A stretch of DNA of 41,090 nt from a virus (lineage: Duplodnaviria > Heunggongvirae > Uroviricota > Caudoviricetes), in IMG/VR virus record IMGVR_UViG_2563366960_000010, one strand, 5' to 3'. The position numbers were made by a program, and so were the translations under genes. The notes under the pieces were generated by a model that searched no databases, was not told the origin of the DNA, and worked only from the letters and a program-made list of their open reading frames with translations. Positions 35,817 to 41,090 of this stretch are shown piece by piece. Within the stretch, counting starts at the first letter, position 1. Each line of letters starts with the position of its first letter.

Positions 35817-35831
35817 TTACCTTACGGGTAA
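35817..35831. promoter_or_regulatory. Operator-like palindrome TTACCTTACGGGTAA (one mismatch) at the early-left promoter
   Basis: Lies just upstream of TTGACA (35851-35856); GGTAAC half-site repeats at 35888-35907 follow. Confidence 0.5.
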
Positions 35832-35912
35832 TTTTTTTAACTCATATCTATTGACACCAAACCAAATAAGCATAATTATTACCCCAACGGTAACAGACCG
35901 AGGTAACAAGTT

Positions 35913-36065
35913 ATGCAGTGGAAAATCATCAACGGTTGGTACTGCGTTACTGCATGCGGATTCATGAGCTGGAAGTTCCGCACCTTACAGGAAGGCATTA
36001 AGTGGGCTTTCGTCAGCAAAGAAGCTCGCGATGTAGCCAACGATAACGAGATATGGGAGGGCTGA
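35913..36065 (+). CDS. Small Trp/Cys-containing protein (50 aa), first gene of the early-left operon
   Basis: ATG with SD GAGGTAA; below ORF-track cutoff; function unknown. Confidence 0.4.
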   Translation: MQWKIINGWYCVTACGFMSWKFRTLQEGIKWAFVSKEARDVANDNEIWEG

Positions 36066-36067
36066 TA

Positions 36068-36367
36068 ATGAACGTTAATCAGCAGAAAAATCTTCAAAAA
36101 ATCATGCTGGCATTCGACAAGGACTACCGCCTGTCAGAACAGCTATATGACCGACAAGTTGAACTGATTGAGAGCATCCGACTTCATCAACTGTCCTCAA
36201 CTTTCGACGTTGTAACAGGCAAAGGCGTTCGTCAGGAAGTGCTGGAGGCTGCTAAAGACAGCCCTGAGTTCGAAGAACTGATGGATGCCTACCGGCGCGA
36301 GGCAATGGCAATTATAGCGCGCTGGGATCTGGCGGATCAGCTTGATGGGCAGAGGGACGCGGCATGA
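36068..36367 (+). CDS. Hypothetical early protein (99 aa) preceding the recombination genes
   Basis: ATG 36068 with SD GGGAGGG; stop overlaps the exonuclease start (ATGA). Confidence 0.45.
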   Translation: MNVNQQKNLQKIMLAFDKDYRLSEQLYDRQVELIESIRLHQLSSTFDVVTGKGVRQEVLEAAKDSPEFEELMDAYRREAMAIIARWDLADQLDGQRDAA

Positions 36368-37263
36368 TGCGGAACGCTGGAATCATGGATAGAACAAAAT
36401 ACATCGGAGGAAGCGATGTTGCAGGGATTCTTGGAATTAGCCCATGGCGCACCCCGCTTGAGGTTTATCTGGATAAGGTCCAGCCACGTGTCAAACCAGT
36501 AGACCCAAGCAAGCAGAAAGTTTTCACGCGTGGCCAGCGTATGGAGCCATACGTAATAGACCTGCTTTCTGAGGAAACAGGGATGGAAATCGTTCATCGC
36601 GGAAACCGCTATATCCACCGTGATTACGATTTTATTGCAGCTGAGATCGATGCAGAAGCAGCGTCAGGCGAGAACATTGAGATCAAAACAGTTAGTCCGT
36701 TCAAAGCCAAAGAATGGGGAGAAATCCAGACAGATGCAATTCCTGTGCATTACACGGCCCAGGCCATGCACGGGTTGATGGTTACAAACAAACAGGTATG
36801 CGTTTTCGGTGTGCTTATCGGTGGCGACGACTTCCGAATCTATCGGGTTGAGCGTGATGAAGAAACTATCCAGGCGATCTTAGAAAAAGAAATCGCTTTC
36901 TGGGACCGAGTGAAAAATCTTAACCCGCCGGAAGCTACCAGCGTAAGCGATGTATCGCTGATGTTTGAGAAAGATGCCGGGACAAGTATCGAGGCTGACG
37001 GAAAGGCACTCGCACTATTCAACGATCTACGAGACATGAAATCACGCAGAAAATCACTGGAAGAAGAAATAGCTATATCAGAAGAGAAGCTGAAGATGTA
37101 CATGCAAGAGCACTCAGTCCTGACCCTGGACGGAAAGCCGCTCTGCACATGGAAATCTCAGATCAGCAACAGATTCGACCAGAAGCTATTCCAGTCAGTA
37201 CACCCTGAGTTATTCGAAAAATTCAAAACAACAACGACACAACGCGTCTTCAGAATGAAGTAA
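36364..37263 (+). CDS. YqaJ-like viral recombinase exonuclease (lambda Exo-type)
   Basis: 299 aa; N-terminal DRTKYIGGSDVAGILGISPWRTPLEVYLDK matches the YqaJ pattern; directly upstream of recT. Confidence 0.8.
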   Translation: MMRNAGIMDRTKYIGGSDVAGILGISPWRTPLEVYLDKVQPRVKPVDPSKQKVFTRGQRMEPYVIDLLSEETGMEIVHRGNRYIHRDYDFIAAEIDAEAASGENIEIKTVSPFKAKEWGEIQTDAIPVHYTAQAMHGLMVTNKQVCVFGVLIGGDDFRIYRVERDEETIQAILEKEIAFWDRVKNLNPPEATSVSDVSLMFEKDAGTSIEADGKALALFNDLRDMKSRRKSLEEEIAISEEKLKMYMQEHSVLTLDGKPLCTWKSQISNRFDQKLFQSVHPELFEKFKTTTTQRVFRMK

Positions 37264-37272
37264 GGAGAAAAA

Positions 37273-38295
37273 ATGTCTATCAATGCACTTAAGGCAGCGG
37301 CTACCGGTAACCAAGTTGCACATCATAATGAGAAACCAACAACTCTGGCCGGACTTCTGGCAGACCCAAAAATTAAAGCTCAGATGGCTTTGGCACTTCC
37401 AAAGCACATGACAGCAGACCGTCTGGCGCGCATAGCAACCACAGAGATCAGAAAGGTTCCAAAACTTGCATCATGCGACCAAGCCAGCTTCCTGGGGGCA
37501 ATTATGCAATGTGCCCAATTGGGTCTTGAACCAGGCGGAGCTCTTGGACACGCTTACCTGATACCGTTCGACAAACGCCAGAAAGTAAATGGAAGATGGG
37601 AAACCGTATCTACAGAAGCACAGCTGATTATCGGCTATCGCGGAATGATTGACCTTGCCCGCCGCTCTGGGCAGATCCTGAGTATCTCGGCTCGTACCGT
37701 ACATACAAACGACAAATTCAGCTACTCATACGGCCTGGAAGAAACGCTCGAGCATTTACCTTGCGAAACAGGTGACCGCGGAGAATTAACGCACGTTTAC
37801 GCCGTTGCACGACTGAAAGATGGCGGAGTCCAATTTGAAGTTATGAGCCGGGCAGACGTTGAGAAAGTTCGTGCACTGAGCAAAGCCGGTAGCAGTGGCC
37901 CATGGGTTGATCACTTCGATGAGATGGCTAAAAAAACAGTAATTCGCCGACTGTTCAAATATCTTCCTGTTTCTATTGAAATGCAGAAGGCTGTTGTTAT
38001 GGATGAGCGCGCTGAAGCTGGACTTAGCCAAGATAACGCAGCTGTTATCACTGGTGAATATTCCGTAGTTGACGATGAGCGTCAACACCTGTCGCCAATT
38101 TCAGATTCAGAACGAGAAGAAGCTCGAGAATATATCATCGCGATACTTAATAGCCTGGATCCATCTGCTGAAGATGCAAAAACGATGTTCAAGCGCGCTG
38201 AAAATGAAATTAACACCATGGCTGAAAAGCTCGGTGATGAATATCACCAAAAATTCATGATGACGCTTAACGATATGCGTCCAGAATTCGAGTAA
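37273..38295 (+). CDS. recT: RecT-family single-strand annealing protein
   Basis: 340 aa with extended identity to Rac RecT as recalled (LGLEPG.ALGHAYL.PF, LIIGYRGMIDLARRSGQI, THVYAVARLKDGG.QFEVM, GPWV.H..EMAKKT.IRRLFKYLPVSIE). Confidence 0.9.
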   Translation: MSINALKAAATGNQVAHHNEKPTTLAGLLADPKIKAQMALALPKHMTADRLARIATTEIRKVPKLASCDQASFLGAIMQCAQLGLEPGGALGHAYLIPFDKRQKVNGRWETVSTEAQLIIGYRGMIDLARRSGQILSISARTVHTNDKFSYSYGLEETLEHLPCETGDRGELTHVYAVARLKDGGVQFEVMSRADVEKVRALSKAGSSGPWVDHFDEMAKKTVIRRLFKYLPVSIEMQKAVVMDERAEAGLSQDNAAVITGEYSVVDDERQHLSPISDSEREEAREYIIAILNSLDPSAEDAKTMFKRAENEINTMAEKLGDEYHQKFMMTLNDMRPEFE

Positions 38296-38344
38296 CCACC
38301 ACCGCGGCGCCACGTGCGCCGCACTGCAACCAAGAGAGGTATTC

Positions 38345-38593
38345 ATGAAAGGTGCATTAGGTAAGAAAGAACTCCTGGCGGTGGTGCCACTGTCATGGAG
38401 CACTATCGACCGTATGGAGCGCGCAGGGGAATTTCCTAAACGCTGGTATATCACCGATAAACGCTGCGCATGGAACCGTGATGAAGTTGAGCGTTGGCTT
38501 GATGAACGTCAGGCAGCAAGCCCGGCAGAGTTCCAGGGTAAAAAGCCTCCTGTTCAGCAACGTGTATATCGTCCCGTGAGCAACGCTGCATGA
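38345..38593 (+). CDS. AlpA-family phage transcriptional regulator / excisionase-like
   Basis: 82 aa with the AlpA-type pattern (LSWSTIDRMERAGEFPKRWYITDKRCAWNRDEVERWL). Confidence 0.65.
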   Translation: MKGALGKKELLAVVPLSWSTIDRMERAGEFPKRWYITDKRCAWNRDEVERWLDERQAASPAEFQGKKPPVQQRVYRPVSNAA

Positions 38594-38702
38594 GTGCGCT
38601 GCTAAGGCACTGGAGCAAATGGTCAGGATGGTACTTATTCCTGGCCTCTGTTTCAGCATGGCTTTATCTGCTGGCATTAATTTTCAGAGAGGGTTGGATT
38701 AA

Positions 38703-39002
38703 GTGAGAAAGTTAAGCCGACTTGAAAAATATCACATGAATAAGGTTTCAATGCGCAGTCCGTCAAAGATTGTCGCCGTTACTCCTGCGGCGATAGAGAT
38801 CGAAAAACGCGCGATTGAAAGAGAGAAAAAAGGGCAATTCCGCATTGCCGCTCACCTTTGGCTTCAGTGTATGGATGTTGCTTCTGGTGATGTTGAACGT
38901 GCAAGGATCGCGGTTCGCAGGGACCAATGTATCACAAAAGGTAACGGCCTTCGCCGTGGCGACTATAGCGGCATAGGATGTTGTGGGGTGGTTTATGACT
39001 AA
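38703..39002 (+). CDS. PerC/ANR-like small regulator (tentative)
   Basis: 99 aa, GTG start; central AAHLWLQC...RIAVRRDQC resembles the PerC pattern as recalled. Confidence 0.4.
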   Translation: MRKLSRLEKYHMNKVSMRSPSKIVAVTPAAIEIEKRAIEREKKGQFRIAAHLWLQCMDVASGDVERARIAVRRDQCITKGNGLRRGDYSGIGCCGVVYD

Positions 39003-39645
39003 GAAATACACACTAATCTATGCAGATCCACCCTGGGTATACCGGGACAAAGCCGCAGATGGTAATCGCGGTGCCGGTTTTAAATATCCGGTTATGAGTG
39101 TGCTGGATATCTGCCGCCTTCCTGTGTGGGATTTGGCCGATGAAAACTGTCTGTTGGCCATGTGGTGGGTGCCAACACAACCACTCGAAGCACTAAAAGT
39201 TGTTGAAGCCTGGGGATTCCGTCTGATGACGATGAAGGGCTTCACGTGGATAAAATGTGGTAGTCGACAACCAGATAAACTGGTTATGGGTATGGGACAC
39301 ATGACTCGCGCCAATAGTGAAGATTGCCTGTTTGCGGTAAAGGGAAAACTACCTACGCGCATTAATGCAGGGATCGTTCAGTCATTTACCGCACCGCGGC
39401 TTGAGCATTCAAGAAAGCCAGATATCGTTCGTGAAAAACTTGTGCAATTATTAGGCGATATTTCTCGCATTGAACTGTTCGCCCGCCAGACGTCTCATGG
39501 CTTTGATGTTTGGGGTAATCAGTGCGAAGACCCGGCAGTGCAACTACACCCTGGATACGCGTTGGATATTGGCGGATTAACAAATGCATTCAGCAATGCT
39601 CCGCTGTCACCAACAGACATCCAGGGGCGGGAGCGTGCTGCATGA
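38995..39645 (+). CDS. Orphan DNA N6-adenine methyltransferase, MT-A70 family
   Basis: About 216 aa from ATG 38995; catalytic DPPW in LIYADPPWVY; no adjacent restriction gene. Confidence 0.8.
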   Translation: MTKKYTLIYADPPWVYRDKAADGNRGAGFKYPVMSVLDICRLPVWDLADENCLLAMWWVPTQPLEALKVVEAWGFRLMTMKGFTWIKCGSRQPDKLVMGMGHMTRANSEDCLFAVKGKLPTRINAGIVQSFTAPRLEHSRKPDIVREKLVQLLGDISRIELFARQTSHGFDVWGNQCEDPAVQLHPGYALDIGGLTNAFSNAPLSPTDIQGRERAA

Positions 39646-39836
39646 ACAGGGCATCACCAGCAGATTTAAGAAAATGCCTTGAAACTGCAAACATGCTTGC
39701 ACACAGCGGGATCAGGTTTGTTCCAATTCCCGCTGTCACTGATGCTGAATTTGCAACACTGTCAGCAATATTCGAAAACAAAATTGAATCACTGGCAGCA
39801 GAAGCAGAGATGGAAGAAAATCAGCAGAACTATTAA
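39642..39836 (+). CDS. Small hypothetical protein adjacent to integrase
   Basis: 64 aa from an ATG overlapping the methyltransferase stop (ATGA); the track ORF's upstream extension overlaps the methyltransferase and is unlikely. Confidence 0.4.
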   Translation: MNRASPADLRKCLETANMLAHSGIRFVPIPAVTDAEFATLSAIFENKIESLAAEAEMEENQQNY

Positions 39837-39839
39837 ACG

Positions 39840-41090
39840 TTATTCCCCCGCCATCCACTTCTCAAACTTCGACGGGGAGAACGGAATCAGATCCGTATGC
39901 TCCCCGTCAATCCATGAATCAATCATATCGGCCCACTGCTGCAACATGTAGGCGCGCTGTCTGGCGTATTCCGCTTTGTTATATACGGCGCGCACACCTT
40001 TCTGCTCATGTGCCAGAGCCTTTTCAATCCAGTCTGAAGGATAACCAGCCTCATGCAACAACGTACTGGCTGTACGGCGCATATCATGTACAGTGAAGTC
40101 CTGAATATGCTCACCATCTTCATTTATTATTTTCACCGTTCTGTCGATCAGAGAGTTCAGCGCGGCATTAGATAATGGCTTCCGGAAATTGTAACGACCA
40201 GGAACCAGATATTCACTTCCACCAGCGCACATCTGCAACCCGACCAATATATCCTGTGCCTGTTTAGGCAGGTAAATAACGTGCGCCCGGCTTCCCTTCA
40301 TGCGGTCTGGAGGAATTGTCCATGTCCATTTTTTAAAATCTATTTCATCCCACGTTGCATTGGTGAATTCGCCCTTACGAACCATAGTGATAAGCACCAG
40401 TTTTAAAGCCATTTTCATAGTGCCCATAGCACCAATGGCATCCAGCGTGCGGAAGAACAGGCCAATTTCTTCTGGTGCCAGTGTTCGCTCTCGTGGTTTA
40501 AATATGGCGATAGACGAAGGTTTAATGTCAGCCGCAGGATTAAACAAACCATGACCACGGTCATTGGCGTGACGGTATACGCTACTGATGATCTCCCTGG
40601 CCTGCACTGCTGTTGCCCGGCCACCGCGTTCGACAATCCGGTCACACAAATCACGAACCATCGATGTGGTAATTTCAGCCATCATTTTATTGCCAAGAAC
40701 CGGAAGTATGTCACGGTCGATCACCGCCTGTTTCATTGCGCGGGTACTGTCAGCCAGGATGACGTGTTTCATATAACTGTCGGTATGTACCGCAAACGTC
40801 TCGGCACCACGAATCTTTTTGATACCGTCACGTTTAGCCGCAGCCGGTGACTGGCCTGCTTTAAGCAGCTTCTTTGCAGCAATCAGTTCTTCTCGCGCTT
40901 CTGCCAGGCTGATACCGTCACGCCCATACTGCCCGATTACCAGTGTTTCGCGGCGACCGTTGATACGGTAGTCATAGCGAAACGAGACCGTGCCTGACGT
41001 AAGCACAGCTACATACAGCCCGTCACGATCGGAGACCTTGTACAGTTTGTCCTGCGGCTTGAGGTTTTTTAATTTTGTATCGGTAAGCAC
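39840..41090 (-). CDS. int: Tyrosine integrase, P4-type; 5' end probably truncated by the window edge
   Basis: 416 aa in window; arm-binding N-terminus LTDTKLKNLKP..LY.V.DRDGLYV and C-terminal catalytic region HDMRRTASTLLHEAGY; first in-window codon is GTG at the last base, so the true start is likely beyond 41090. Confidence 0.85.
   Translation of the reverse strand: MLTDTKLKNLKPQDKLYKVSDRDGLYVAVLTSGTVSFRYDYRINGRRETLVIGQYGRDGISLAEAREELIAAKKLLKAGQSPAAAKRDGIKKIRGAETFAVHTDSYMKHVILADSTRAMKQAVIDRDILPVLGNKMMAEITTSMVRDLCDRIVERGGRATAVQAREIISSVYRHANDRGHGLFNPAADIKPSSIAIFKPRERTLAPEEIGLFFRTLDAIGAMGTMKMALKLVLITMVRKGEFTNATWDEIDFKKWTWTIPPDRMKGSRAHVIYLPKQAQDILVGLQMCAGGSEYLVPGRYNFRKPLSNAALNSLIDRTVKIINEDGEHIQDFTVHDMRRTASTLLHEAGYPSDWIEKALAHEQKGVRAVYNKAEYARQRAYMLQQWADMIDSWIDGEHTDLIPFSPSKFEKWMAGE

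Noticed and set aside
1-41090. CRISPR arrays, restriction-modification pairs, or large ATPase/nuclease defence operons
   Set aside because: No spaced direct-repeat array and no large ORFs with helicase/nuclease defence signatures were seen; the only large ORFs are virion proteins.

Overview
This window is a nearly complete ~40 kb temperate prophage flanked on the left by two host-like genes (1-1071; a glycine-zipper lipoprotein and a secreted coiled-coil protein, tentatively yfgH/yfgI from remembered synteny). The long minus-strand late operon runs terS, terL, portal, scaffold, capsid, T7-like tail tube and internal virion proteins, a K1F-like endosialidase tailspike, then the lysis cassette (holin, GH19 endolysin, Rz/Rz1). 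The right half carries a lambdoid control region: divergent Cro-like and repressor genes, YdaU-like and lambda-P-like replication genes, a nin-like region, and a plus-strand early operon (exonuclease, RecT, AlpA, PerC-like, MT-A70 methyltransferase) ending at a P4-type integrase cut by the window edge. The most interesting unexplained structure is regulatory: a 15-bp palindrome TTACCT-N3-AGGTAA recurs at 12 or more positions, in the immunity region and in front of accessory genes; a consensus LexA box sits in front of a small paralog of the antirepressor C-terminal domain; and a 14-bp element CGTGACATGTCACA occurs three times at module junctions. Accessory islands worth testing are the AT-rich two-gene cassette at 8925-9553, the membrane zinc-ribbon protein at 6989-7717, and the tRNA-Arg(UCU) island between terL and portal. 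No CRISPR array or recognisable large defence system was seen. All calls rest on reading the sequence and recalled family features; no database search was run.
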